64,000 nt of DNA, from contig CAMJOZ010000001.1 in assembly GCA_946407635.1 (NCBI GenBank), positions 2,763 through 66,762 on the forward strand. The letters are read 5' to 3'. The DNA comes from an uncultured Bacillales bacterium. Lineage in GTDB: Bacteria; Bacillota_I; Bacilli_A; Acholeplasmatales; Anaeroplasmataceae. Shown one piece after another: positions 55,874-64,000 of the stretch. Each line of letters begins with the position of its first letter. The first letter of the stretch is position 1. A program made the position numbers and the translations under genes. Below the pieces are notes generated by a model. The model had not been told where the DNA came from and ran no database searches. It was given only the letters and a program-made list of their open reading frames with translations.

Positions 55874-57340
55874 TTAAGCTTCAATAGTTTTACCATCTAT
55901 ATTGAAATATAAATCAGAATACCTAACTACTGTCCCATTAGTTGAAAACATTCCAACAAACAAATAATTTAAATCAACAGATGTAATATCAAAATCAGTA
56001 AATACCTTTTTATATTCTTTATCATTATATTTACAATAAGCTTCAATTACTTGTCCTAATCTTTTAATTTTTAAATCAAGCTCATCATTTTCTTTATAAA
56101 AGCCATCAAAATTATAATTACCTTTATCTAGCTCGGTAGTCGCTTCTCTTGAAAAAATAATGAAGCTTACACCATCAGTAGTTACTATACCTGATGATAT
56201 ATGATTAGTTTGATAACTCATATTAGGCTTATTTTGATTAATATAAGAATCACTTCTTAGCATGATACCAAAGCCTGATTGTCTAATATTTAATGTTTTA
56301 ATTATTTTGGCATGACAACTAAATGTAAAATTATCAGTTTTATTTATTCTTTTAAACATAAAGCTATAGCCTTCATTTGAAGCATTAATTTTACCATTTG
56401 GTTTATCGCAACCAACAATAAAATCATTTCCATCCTTGTAAGCAACAAATCCTGATTCCTTATTAGGTATAGCGCCTAACATACCAAAGGCAGTACCATA
56501 CCAATCATTAGATTTATTGAAATTATCAGTTGGATTATAATTATCTAAATCTGGTGTATGATATTCTATAAATTGGTATTCTGGATTAACTATAATATCT
56601 TTTTGAGTTGGTTCTTTTTTGTTATAAATAAACTCTCTAAACTCTGGCATTTTGTCATATAATTCATTTATTAAGAAATAACAAATATATTTTGCACCAT
56701 AATAGCTTAAATGAGTATTATCTGTGCTCTTAATATCATATGTTATTTTATTATCAATTATTTTACCTTTAGTTATTGCATGATGAATAACTGAATTATT
56801 ATATCCTAGTTTTTTATAAAGATTTACTGTAGGGTCAGTTAAATTAATTGTAGTAACACCTAATTCTTTACCTAATTCAATTATCGCATTTTTATAATTA
56901 CCATTAATAGTATCATGGATAACAAAACCAGTATAATCATCTGTTTTAGATAATCTAGATATTGGAGTACATAAAATTGGAGTCGCACCCTTTTCTTTAG
57001 CAACCTTAATATATTTTTCATATAATACATTTTTAAAAGAACCTTCTTTATCTTTACCATATAAGGCGCTAGAAAAACGAACTACATCATCTTCTTTTTC
57101 ATCATTATGACCAAAGCCAATAATTAAATAATCACCTTTAGAAATACCATTTACAAATGTTTGGTAATTTGGTTCTAATAAAAAGCTTTTAGAAGATCTC
57201 CCACTCATAGCTAGATTAATTATTTCTAAACCTTTAATAAATTCAGGAAGTAAAACACCATAGCCGTGTCTTGGAAAATAATACGATGCATCATTAAATT
57301 TTGCTAAAGTCGAGTCACCAACAACATACAATTTATTCAT
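55874..57340 (-). CDS. SGNH/GDSL esterase (rhamnogalacturonan-acetylesterase-like) with a ~230-aa C-terminal beta-rich domain
   Basis: Start moved to the ATG at 57340 (MNKLYVVGDSTLAKF), 8 nt after GAGG. Block I GDS, block III GHND, and DNTHLS (block V-like). Confidence 0.7.
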   Translation of the reverse strand: MNKLYVVGDSTLAKFNDASYYFPRHGYGVLLPEFIKGLEIINLAMSGRSSKSFLLEPNYQTFVNGISKGDYLIIGFGHNDEKEDDVVRFSSALYGKDKEGSFKNVLYEKYIKVAKEKGATPILCTPISRLSKTDDYTGFVIHDTINGNYKNAIIELGKELGVTTINLTDPTVNLYKKLGYNNSVIHHAITKGKIIDNKITYDIKSTDNTHLSYYGAKYICYFLINELYDKMPEFREFIYNKKEPTQKDIIVNPEYQFIEYHTPDLDNYNPTDNFNKSNDWYGTAFGMLGAIPNKESGFVAYKDGNDFIVGCDKPNGKINASNEGYSFMFKRINKTDNFTFSCHAKIIKTLNIRQSGFGIMLRSDSYINQNKPNMSYQTNHISSGIVTTDGVSFIIFSREATTELDKGNYNFDGFYKENDELDLKIKRLGQVIEAYCKYNDKEYKKVFTDFDITSVDLNYLFVGMFSTNGTVVRYSDLYFNIDGKTIEA

Positions 57341-57456
57341 AATTATACCTCGCAAATATCCATATTAATTATATCATAATTAGCATAAATCTCAACTTTA
57401 AAATCATGGATGAAACCATTTGAAACTTATGGTATAATTGGCTTTGGAGGTTTATT

Positions 57457-58014
57457 ATGGAAAAAGAACAAAATGTATTAAATATCAGAGCCTCTAAAAA
57501 GGCTTTAGATATAATTTACGCTGTATTAATTTTTGTTTTAGGTTTATTGCTTGTGTTATTAAGATCAGCAAATGAAATATTAAGTTATGTATTTGGCTCA
57601 CTATTTATATTAATCGCTGTTATTTCATTAATATTAGATATTACATCAAAGAAAAAAACAATTACTTCTACAGCTCCAGTAGCAATATCATTATTCGCTA
57701 TGGGTCTAATCGCAATAATATATAAATTACCAATTGAACAATTTATCGTATATTGCTTAATCGTATTAGGTTCATATTTATTAATTGAAATGATTATTGA
57801 TATAGCAATGAAAAGGGACAAAAAACTATTAATAATTAAAGGTATTGTTGGAATAGTAATTATAACTCTAGCTGTTTTATATTTATCAATAGAAGATTTT
57901 AGAAATGTATTATTTATAATCATTGGTATATTATTAATGACCTTTGCGGTAGTAAGATTAACATTAATAATTGCTGATTTAGTTAGAAAAAACGATTCAT
58001 ATAATATGCAATAA
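57457..58014 (+). CDS. Integral membrane protein (DUF308/HdeD-like, weak family call)
   Basis: 185 aa with 6 hydrophobic helices. GGAGG lies 7 nt upstream of the ATG and the gene has its own terminator. It is preferred over the antisense ORF 57585-57923. Confidence 0.55.
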   Translation: MEKEQNVLNIRASKKALDIIYAVLIFVLGLLLVLLRSANEILSYVFGSLFILIAVISLILDITSKKKTITSTAPVAISLFAMGLIAIIYKLPIEQFIVYCLIVLGSYLLIEMIIDIAMKRDKKLLIIKGIVGIVIITLAVLYLSIEDFRNVLFIIIGILLMTFAVVRLTLIIADLVRKNDSYNMQ

Positions 58015-58018
58015 AAAG

Positions 58019-58045
58019 CCTGTTAAAAAACAGGTTTTTCTTTTG
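58019..58045 (+). terminator. Rho-independent terminator of the plus-strand membrane protein gene
   Basis: Stem cctgt/acagg (58019-58023 / 58030-58034) followed by tttttcttttg. Confidence 0.6.
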
Positions 58046-58049
58046 CCTT

Positions 58050-58077
58050 AAAAAATAAAAAGCTCATTTCTGAGCTT
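58050..58077 (-). terminator. Rho-independent terminator after rplL
   Basis: Stem aagctca/tgagctt (58060-58066 / 58071-58077) followed by TTTTTATTTTTT on the minus strand. Confidence 0.75.
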
Positions 58078-58106
58078 AATATTTTAAATTGAATTATTAA
58101 ATATAA

Positions 58107-58484
58107 TTACTTAACTTCAACTGTTGCGCCAGCAGCTTCTAACTTAGCCTTTAATTCATCAGCTTCAGCCTTAGAAACCTTTTCCTTAACTGGCTTAGGT
58201 GCACCATCAACTAAATCCTTAGCTTCTTTTAAACCAAGACCTGTTACTTCCTTAACAACCTTGATTACACCTAACTTAGCAGCACCAGCAGATGCTAAAA
58301 TTACATCGAATTCAGTTTTTTCAGCAGCAGCAGCGCCTGCACCTGCACCAGCAGCTGGAGCAGCAGCTACAGCAGTTGGGTCAATACCAAATTCTTCCTT
58401 CATAGCGTCAACTAATTCTTTGATTTCAAGAATAGTCATTTCCTTTAATGATTCAATAAATGTTTCTTTTGTTAACTTAGCCAT
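58107..58484 (-). CDS. rplL: 50S ribosomal protein L7/L12
   Basis: 125 aa with an Ala-rich hinge and a C-terminal [20 protein letters not shown]...AGATVEVK. Confidence 0.97.
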   Translation of the reverse strand: MAKLTKETFIESLKEMTILEIKELVDAMKEEFGIDPTAVAAAPAAGAGAGAAAAEKTEFDVILASAGAAKLGVIKVVKEVTGLGLKEAKDLVDGAPKPVKEKVSKAEADELKAKLEAAGATVEVK

Positions 58485-58515
58485 TTTCTTTATCCTCCGT
58501 ATATTCTAAATTTAA

Positions 58516-59016
58516 TTAGGCTTCTTGTCCTTTTTCAACTAACATATTTAAGCCGATAGCTAATTGGCTTACAGTACCTAACATACCAGCAGCTAGTTGA
58601 GTTAATAATGTTTCGTATGATGGTAATACTGATAATGCATGTAACTTGTCATAATCATAAACAACACCATCAACAACACCTTTTACTACTTCAATCTTGT
58701 TGTCCTCAGCTTTTAAAGCTTGGAATAATACTTTAGCAGGTGCTACAACATCTTTCTCAGAGAAAGCGATAGCTACAGGGCCTGATAAAGCATCTGTAAA
58801 ATCATCATATCCACATGCCTTAGCTGCACGTGAAGAGATGTTATTCTTAATAACTGATACTTCACAACCATTCTTACGCATTTCTCTACGTAATTGTTGG
58901 AACTTATCAACAGTTAAACCTTGATATTTGAAAGCAACGATTGCTTGAGAAGCTTTCATCTTTTCAGTTACTACTGTTACTTCTTCTTGTTTCTTAAGAA
59001 TACTTTCTTTCATCAT
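58516..59016 (-). CDS. rplJ: 50S ribosomal protein L10
   Basis: 166 aa with the typical L10 N-terminus and a position between rplA and rplL. The start may be the second ATG (59013). Confidence 0.95.
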   Translation of the reverse strand: MMKESILKKQEEVTVVTEKMKASQAIVAFKYQGLTVDKFQQLRREMRKNGCEVSVIKNNISSRAAKACGYDDFTDALSGPVAIAFSEKDVVAPAKVLFQALKAEDNKIEVVKGVVDGVVYDYDKLHALSVLPSYETLLTQLAAGMLGTVSQLAIGLNMLVEKGQEA

Positions 59017-59029
59017 TACACCTCCATTA

Positions 59030-59140
59030 TTTTTTAATGAAAAAATCCTTCTCCACCAAGGTAAAGAAGGATTAATTATCCTAAAATTCCTCGGTAGGAG
59101 ATTAAGAGCTTACGCTCACCTACTGTCTTCGGTTACTACT
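59030..59140 (-). promoter_or_regulatory. Ribosomal protein L10 leader (autoregulatory 5' leader of rplJL) with an attenuator hairpin
   Basis: The minus strand contains ACCGAAGACAGTAGGTGAGCGTAAGCTCTTAATCTCCTACCGAGG, with stem GTAGG/CCTAC enclosing a GAGC-GUAA-GCUC tetraloop hairpin. It then has AATCCTTCT-ttaccttggtgg-AGAAGGATTTTT just before the rplJ SD. This is the layout of the Firmicutes L10 leader. Confidence 0.7.
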
Positions 59141-59146
59141 TTTAAA

Positions 59147-59839
59147 TTACTTTGCGATTGAATCAGAATCGACTTTAATACCAGGACCCATTGTAGATGA
59201 TACAGATACATTCTTAATATATCCACCCTTAATTGTTGAAGGACGTGCCTTCATAAGAGTATCATATACAGTCTTTAGGTTTTCTTGTAACTTCTTAGCA
59301 CCAAAAGATGCTTTACCGATAGTCATTTGGATATTACCAACCTTATCAGGACGGTATTCAACTTTACCAGCCTTGATTTCCTTAACTGCTTTTGCAACAT
59401 CCATTGTTACAGTACCAGTCTTAGGGTTTGGCATTAATCCTTTAGGTCCTAATACACGACCTAATTTACCTAATTGTCCCATCATATCTGGTGTAGCTAC
59501 AATTACATCAAAATCAAACCAACCTTGGTTAATCTTGTTGATAATTTCTGCCTCACCAACATAATCTGCGCCAGCTTCTGTAGCTTCTGCTTGCTTTGCT
59601 CCACGGCAAATAACTAAAACCTTACGAGTTTTACCAGTACCATTTGGTAACACGATAGCACCACGAATATTTTGTTCAGCTTTACGTGGATCAATATTTA
59701 AGCGGAATGAAACATCAACTGATGCATCAAATTTTGCTGTTGAAGTCTTGCATGCTAATTCTAAAGCTTCACTAGCAGTATATGCTTTAGCTTTATCTAC
59801 AAGCTTAGATGCTTCAACGTACTTTTTTCCTCTCTTCAT
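59147..59839 (-). CDS. rplA: 50S ribosomal protein L1
   Basis: 230 aa. Contains MKRGKKY..., [10 protein letters not shown] and [24 protein letters not shown]. Confidence 0.97.
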   Translation of the reverse strand: MKRGKKYVEASKLVDKAKAYTASEALELACKTSTAKFDASVDVSFRLNIDPRKAEQNIRGAIVLPNGTGKTRKVLVICRGAKQAEATEAGADYVGEAEIINKINQGWFDFDVIVATPDMMGQLGKLGRVLGPKGLMPNPKTGTVTMDVAKAVKEIKAGKVEYRPDKVGNIQMTIGKASFGAKKLQENLKTVYDTLMKARPSTIKGGYIKNVSVSSTMGPGIKVDSDSIAK

Positions 59840-59912
59840 ATTTTCCTCCTAAAATGTGGTTAAGCGGGAATTCCTCCCACAGGTTTTAGGCTGTATTTAA
59901 CAACCCGAAAAA

Positions 59913-60338
59913 TTAGTCTTTGACAACGATACCCATGTTTCTAGCACTACCAATGATAATGTTAGTTGCAGCTTCAATGTCGTTTGCATTAAGGTCAGGC
60001 ATCTTCATCTCAGCAATTTCTCTAGCTTTTGCTCTAGAAATAGTTGCTACAGTGTGCTTCTTAGAATTTTCAGAACCCTTCTCGATTCCTGCAGCTTTCT
60101 TTAATAGATCTGATGCAGGTGGAGTCTTTACAACGAATGTAAATGAACGGTCCTCATAAACTGAGATTACTACTGGAAGTACAAATCCCATTTTATCCTT
60201 AGTAGCGTCATTGAATTGAGAACAGAATCCTGGAATGTTTACACCTGCTTGTCCTAATGCTGGACCAACTGGTGGAGCTGGATTAGCTTTACCGGCTGCA
60301 ATTTGCAATTTTACAACCTTTACGACTTTCTTAGCCAT
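59913..60338 (-). CDS. rplK: 50S ribosomal protein L11
   Basis: Start moved to the ATG at 60338 ([30 protein letters not shown]), 8 nt after GGAGG. Confidence 0.97.
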   Translation of the reverse strand: MAKKVVKVVKLQIAAGKANPAPPVGPALGQAGVNIPGFCSQFNDATKDKMGFVLPVVISVYEDRSFTFVVKTPPASDLLKKAAGIEKGSENSKKHTVATISRAKAREIAEMKMPDLNANDIEAATNIIIGSARNMGIVVKD

Positions 60339-60430
60339 AATCATTTCCTCCTTATTTCCAATGATGTGGTATACAGAACAACCTAATGATTGTTCCTCCC
60401 ATCCCGTATACTACGTACACGTGCTTTTAC

Positions 60431-60459
60431 ATTATATCAAATAGAAAATATATAGTCAA
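60431..60459 (-). promoter_or_regulatory. Strong sigma-A type promoter of rplKAJL
   Basis: The minus strand reads TTGACT (60454-60459), 17 nt, then TATAAT (60431-60436) with a TG extension (TGATATAAT). Confidence 0.7.
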
Positions 60460-60500
60460 ATACTTTTTCTAAAAACTTATAATCTAAAGATTATAGCAAT

Positions 60501-60529
60501 AAAAAAGGTGATTATTTTTTATAATCACC
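60501..60529 (-). terminator. Rho-independent terminator after the HesB-like gene
   Basis: Perfect 9-bp stem ggtgattat/ataatcacc with a 5-nt loop, followed by a 6-T run on the minus strand. Confidence 0.8.
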
Positions 60530-60535
60530 ATAATT

Positions 60536-60790
60536 TTAAATACAATCATATATAATCATATCATTTTTATAATCAATTTTAAGATTATCAAAATATGATT
60601 TATCATCGCTATCTAATACAAATTTAATATCATCTATAATTATATAGTTATCTAACCCGTCTTCAAATGATATATGGATATTCTCCCCTATTGAACAACA
60701 TGAAGTCATTACAACAATATTAACAATAGATTTATTTTCTTCTTTTAATTTATTTTTGAAATAATTTATAGCATCTTTAGTTAAAAACAT
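60536..60790 (-). CDS. HesB/IscA-fold-like miniprotein (lacks the canonical C-terminal Cys motif)
   Basis: 84 aa. FLTKDAINYFKNKL...VVMTSCCSIGENI...IDDIKFVLD...LKIDY follows the Fe-S_biosyn topology but ends in YDCI. Its start overlaps the Sel1 gene stop (TAATG). Confidence 0.4.
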   Translation of the reverse strand: MFLTKDAINYFKNKLKEENKSIVNIVVMTSCCSIGENIHISFEDGLDNYIIIDDIKFVLDSDDKSYFDNLKIDYKNDMIIYDCI

Positions 60791-61956
60791 TATCCTTTTT
60801 TAACCTTTACTTTACCATTTAAGCTCTTTGTAAATCTTTTTGAAGCCTCAATAGCATCTTGATTACCATTTTGAGCTGATAATCTATACCACTTATAAGC
60901 ATCATCAATGTTAATTGTTGAAACACCTATTCCTCTTTCATAACAATCACCTAAACGATACATTGCATAAGCATCTCCTGCTTCTGCAGCCTTACTCCAC
61001 CAATACTTGGCAGTAACTAAATCTTCATCAATAAATTCATCAGTAGGGTCTGTTAGGTTTTCAGCTAAGTGAATCATCGCATCAACATTTCCACCATTAG
61101 CAGCTTTACTCCACCAGTTAATAGCAGTTTGGTCATCTTTAGGAACACCATCACCTAAGTGGTAACATTCAGCTAAAGCGTTTTGTGCTTCAGGGTTTTC
61201 ATTGTTAGCAGCCTTTTGATACCAATAAACAGCATTCTTAATAGATTGTTTTACACCTTCACCCTTAAAATATCTATTACCCATTTTAAGTTGTGCAGTA
61301 ACATTTCCTTTTTCGGCAGCCATTTCATAATAGTGAATTGCAAGCTCTGTACATTGTAATGTACCATTACCATCTGCATAACAGTCAGCAATCTTTTCCA
61401 TACAATAATCATCACCATTTTCAGCACCTGCTAAATATAGTGTCGCAGCACCTTTCATTTTACCTAATTCTTCATAGCACATAGCAGCTTCTCTTTGAGC
61501 ATCAACAATACCAGCCTTAGCAGCATGGACTAACCATTGAGCAGCACGAGGAACATCTTTATGAATGCCTTCACCTTTTAAATAAGCTAAACCTAAATAA
61601 TATTGACTCATAGTATGCGCATATTTAGCGGCTTCGGTGAACCACGCAACAGCTTGTGTTGAATCCTGCATAGTACCATTACCTTCCAAATAGCAAATTC
61701 CTACCATATATTGAGCTTCTGTTACCTTATTAAAAGCAGCAGTTGAATATAATTGGAAAGCTCTTTTCATATTTTTAGCAACACCTTTGCCATAATATAG
61801 CATGTCAGCTAAATAATATTGAGCTTGATAATTTTCAGGGTCGTTTTGAACAACTGTTTCAAACATAAATGCACATTCTTTATATTTTTCATCCTGATAT
61901 AATTCAAGCGCTCTTTTATAAACACCTCTATATTGATTTATAGTATAATCTGCCAT
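60790..61956 (-). CDS. Sel1-like (SLR) tetratricopeptide repeat protein, cytoplasmic
   Basis: 388 aa with about 9 tandem ~36-aa repeats of the form A..WY.KAA..G...AQ..LG.CY..G.GV..D. No signal peptide. Confidence 0.85.
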   Translation of the reverse strand: MADYTINQYRGVYKRALELYQDEKYKECAFMFETVVQNDPENYQAQYYLADMLYYGKGVAKNMKRAFQLYSTAAFNKVTEAQYMVGICYLEGNGTMQDSTQAVAWFTEAAKYAHTMSQYYLGLAYLKGEGIHKDVPRAAQWLVHAAKAGIVDAQREAAMCYEELGKMKGAATLYLAGAENGDDYCMEKIADCYADGNGTLQCTELAIHYYEMAAEKGNVTAQLKMGNRYFKGEGVKQSIKNAVYWYQKAANNENPEAQNALAECYHLGDGVPKDDQTAINWWSKAANGGNVDAMIHLAENLTDPTDEFIDEDLVTAKYWWSKAAEAGDAYAMYRLGDCYERGIGVSTINIDDAYKWYRLSAQNGNQDAIEASKRFTKSLNGKVKVKKG

Positions 61957-62038
61957 ATATAACCACTTCCTACTTATATATAATTTTACCTTATAAGAAA
62001 ATTAAATACAATAATTTAAGTAATAAAAACTCAATACA

Positions 62039-63004
62039 TTATTCAACCTCATTTAATTTCTTTTCTAAGTATTCAGGTAATTCTTCAAGTAATTTATATT
62101 TAGATATACCTAATTTAGATATATTCTTTTTTAAAGATGTTTTAGCAACATAACTATCCGCTTCCTTACATAATAAAAGACCAACAGTATCATTATCAAT
62201 TTCTGTTTTTTCTAAATCATCAATCGCATTAACATAAAATATTAATTGACCTAAATCTCTAGGATCAAATTTACCAATTTTTACTTCTATTACTACATAA
62301 GCATGTATCTTTGTATGATACATTAATAAATCTATATAAAAATGTTCATTGGTTGGAGTAACTAATTTGTATTCTTTACCTATTAATGCAAAATCAGGTC
62401 CTAATTCTTGTAAAAACTTTAATACATTATTAAGTAATCTATTCTTAAAGTTTTCTTCACTCTTTAAATCATCAGATTTAATAAAATCAAAAACATAAGT
62501 ATCTTTAAATATTTGATTTGTTATCTCATTATTTTTTACTATTTCTGTTGTTTGTGGTTCTATCAAAGATCTTTCGTATGCTTTTAATTCAATTTGATTT
62601 AATAGCATAGATCTACTCCAACCATTATTATGTGTGGCATTAATATAAAATAACATTTCTTCGTGAGATTTAGACTTTTGCATAATTTTTACAATTGTGA
62701 ACCATGGAATTTTTTGAGCAGGTTGCTCGACTATTTCCTTTTTGGTAAAATTTGACGCAAATTTTGTCATAAAATTCAAATTGTCATAACTATATCCTTT
62801 GCCATATTCACTTAAATCATTAGATAGTTTTTCTATATATTTACTACCCCATATTTTTCGTTGATTTATGATAGTACCTATTTGATAATAGGTTAATATC
62901 ATCTGACTATTTACATAAACCATAGCTTTATTTTGGTTTTGTCTAATAGTTTCTTTAATTTTTTTAAGATCATTAAAGTAATCTTTTTCAATTATTTCTT
63001 TCAT
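62039..63004 (-). CDS. YhcG-type PD-(D/E)xK nuclease family protein (DUF1016)
   Basis: 321 aa. The C-terminal core FYIDLLMYHTKIHAYVVIEVKIGKFDPRDLGQLIFYVN carries the D...E-V-K motif. The N-terminal helical domain is typical of DUF1016. Confidence 0.75.
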   Translation of the reverse strand: MKEIIEKDYFNDLKKIKETIRQNQNKAMVYVNSQMILTYYQIGTIINQRKIWGSKYIEKLSNDLSEYGKGYSYDNLNFMTKFASNFTKKEIVEQPAQKIPWFTIVKIMQKSKSHEEMLFYINATHNNGWSRSMLLNQIELKAYERSLIEPQTTEIVKNNEITNQIFKDTYVFDFIKSDDLKSEENFKNRLLNNVLKFLQELGPDFALIGKEYKLVTPTNEHFYIDLLMYHTKIHAYVVIEVKIGKFDPRDLGQLIFYVNAIDDLEKTEIDNDTVGLLLCKEADSYVAKTSLKKNISKLGISKYKLLEELPEYLEKKLNEVE

Positions 63005-63090
63005 ACGTGTTCTCCTCTTTTTTTTAATTATTCATATAAATAATAGAGAGGTAACTATCATTTTTTTTGAAACTTTTTTTAATTTTGTTC

Positions 63091-63119
63091 AAAAAAGAGA
63101 CAAATCGCATTGATTTGTC
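63091..63119 (-). terminator. Second of two tandem rho-independent terminators after rpoC
   Basis: Stem gacaaatc/gatttgtc (63099-63106 / 63112-63119) followed by a 6-T run on the minus strand. Confidence 0.75.
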
Positions 63120-63127
63120 GCCAAACA

Positions 63128-63161
63128 TAAAAAAATGAATCTGCCATAAAGACAGATTCAT
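63128..63161 (-). terminator. First of two tandem rho-independent terminators after rpoC
   Basis: Stem atgaatctg/cagattcat (63135-63143 / 63153-63161) followed by a 7-T run on the minus strand. Confidence 0.8.
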
Positions 63162-63168
63162 TAATTAA

Positions 63169-64000
63169 TTATAATTCGTTTACATCAGTTTCTTCATATT
63201 CAGCTGTAAAGTCTTGAGATTCATCATCATCACCATAAATTTCTTTTAAGTAGCTTTCATGATCTTCAGAGAATTCATTTTTCTTTTCAACTGAATCTAA
63301 TACATCTGCATAAACATTTTCTTCTTGAGGTTTATGTTCACATTCAAATGATTCTTCTTCAAGAATACCTGTACCAGCAGGGATTAAACCACCGATTAAT
63401 ACATTTTCCTTTAAACCAACTAAAGAGTCACTCTTACCTTGAATAGCGGCAGATGTTAAGATTCTTGTTGTTTCTTGGAATGAAGCAGCTGATAAGAATG
63501 AATTAGATGCTAAGGCAGCCTTAGTAATACCTAATAATAATTGCTTAGCAACTGGTAATTTACCATGATTCTTAATTACTTTCTTAACTGCATCTTGATA
63601 TTCTTGTAAAGAAACATCATGACCAGGTAATAATTTAGTATCTCCTTCAAGATTTACTCTAACCTTACGCATCATTTGACGAACAATAATTTCGATGTGC
63701 TTATCAGAAATTTCAACTGATTGAGAACGATATACCTTTTGAACTTCTTCAACAATATATTTTTGTGTAGCTTCTGTATTTAAGATTCTTAATAAATCCT
63801 TAGGATAAATAGAACCCTTGATTAACTTAGCACCACGCTTAATTTCCATACCTTCAGATACTAAAAGTTCACTTGTTGCATCTACAGTATATGCTTTCTT
63901 TTCACCTGTTAAGTTATCTTTAATAGTGATTTGCTTACCAAGTCTTGTTGTTTCAATCTTCTCAACAATACCATCGAATTCAGAAATCTTAGCTTCACCT
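63169..64000 (-). CDS. rpoC: DNA-directed RNA polymerase subunit beta', C-terminal part (gene continues beyond the right window edge)
   Basis: The frame is open from the window edge. The track ORF is only the segment after an internal Met. Contains VYRSQSVEISDKHIEIIVRQMMRKV and LLGITKAALASNSFLSAASFQETTRILT...GLKENVLIGGLIPAGTG, with an acidic C-terminal tail. Confidence 0.93.
   Translation of the reverse strand, partial: GEAKISEFDGIVEKIETTRLGKQITIKDNLTGEKKAYTVDATSELLVSEGMEIKRGAKLIKGSIYPKDLLRILNTEATQKYIVEEVQKVYRSQSVEISDKHIEIIVRQMMRKVRVNLEGDTKLLPGHDVSLQEYQDAVKKVIKNHGKLPVAKQLLLGITKAALASNSFLSAASFQETTRILTSAAIQGKSDSLVGLKENVLIGGLIPAGTGILEEESFECEHKPQEENVYADVLDSVEKKNEFSEDHESYLKEIYGDDDESQDFTAEYEETDVNEL

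Noticed and set aside
57585-57923. 112-aa minus-strand hydrophobic ORF antisense to the plus-strand membrane protein gene.
   Set aside because: The plus-strand ORF (57457-58014) is longer, has GGAGG 7 nt before its ATG and has its own terminator. The minus-strand ORF has no start signals. Hydrophobic genes routinely produce hydrophobic antisense ORFs.
60477-60500. Palindrome TATAATCTttAGATTATA upstream of the rplK promoter, as a regulatory site.
   Set aside because: It is made only of A/T-rich TATAAT-like sequence in a very AT-rich spacer, so chance occurrence is high and there is no second copy. It is noted but not claimed.
60536-60790. Calling the 84-aa protein a functional IscA/HesB A-type Fe-S carrier.
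   Set aside because: The canonical C-terminal Cys-Gly-Cys ligand motif is absent. Only the general fold pattern is recognisable, so it is annotated as HesB-fold-like with low confidence.
1-64000. Mycoplasma-type genetic code (TGA=Trp), suggested by the very low GC and Mollicutes-like gene content.
   Set aside because: All conserved genes (alaS, leuS, fhs, sufB, accC and others) translate full-length under the standard code, with Trp encoded by TGG and no in-frame TGA interruptions.
1-64000. CRISPR arrays, tRNA/rRNA genes, IS elements, integrases or prophage blocks.
   Set aside because: No regularly spaced direct repeats, cloverleaf-capable GC-rich segments, transposase/integrase ORFs or inverted terminal repeats were seen. 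All intergenic gaps are 204 nt or shorter and are explained by promoters, terminators and leaders.

Overview
This is a very AT-rich, standard-genetic-code, Firmicutes-type chromosomal segment, Bacilli/Erysipelotrichia-like by gene order (lineage is an inference). About 74 genes are packed tightly, and all but three are on the minus strand. Most are housekeeping genes. They include ruvX-alaS, a guaB-like gene, def, sufCDSUB, leuS, tsaC/prmC, the tmk-holB-ricT-rsmI block, rpsP, fhs, purE, pyrR, yebC, degV, hflX, nnr, rplKAJL with an L10 leader, and the 3' end of rpoC. I found no rRNA, tRNA, CRISPR array, IS element or prophage. Six regions deserve a second look. (1) A 10.6-kb single-strand operon (30106-40740) joins BioY, BirA, FabD and AccABCD to a non-canonical type II synthase. 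That synthase has two divergent ACPs, FabG, FabZ and a 796-aa didomain ketosynthase whose second KS domain has lost its catalytic residues (CLF/KS-beta-like). An iron-sulfur-flavoprotein-like gene sits where an enoyl-ACP reductase would be expected, and no FabH or FabI/K/L/V is visible in the window. (2) An uncharacterised 573-aa protein with an HPr-kinase/PEPCK-like P-loop is wedged tightly between fhs and an orphan purE. (3) A DUF3990-like (possibly ADP-ribosyltransferase-fold) gene is paired with a DUF3791-like/XRE-HTH gene behind a promoter that contains a perfect palindromic operator, which looks like a toxin-antitoxin or defence module. (4) A DUF1292 protein carries a metallothionein-like Cys/Gly tail. 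(5) A small island (YhcG-type PD-(D/E)xK nuclease, Sel1-repeat protein, HesB-like miniprotein) sits between rpoC and rplKAJL, which are themselves in non-canonical order. (6) A Y-family polymerase is paired with a YolD-like gene. All functional calls rest on motif recognition by eye, and no database search was run.
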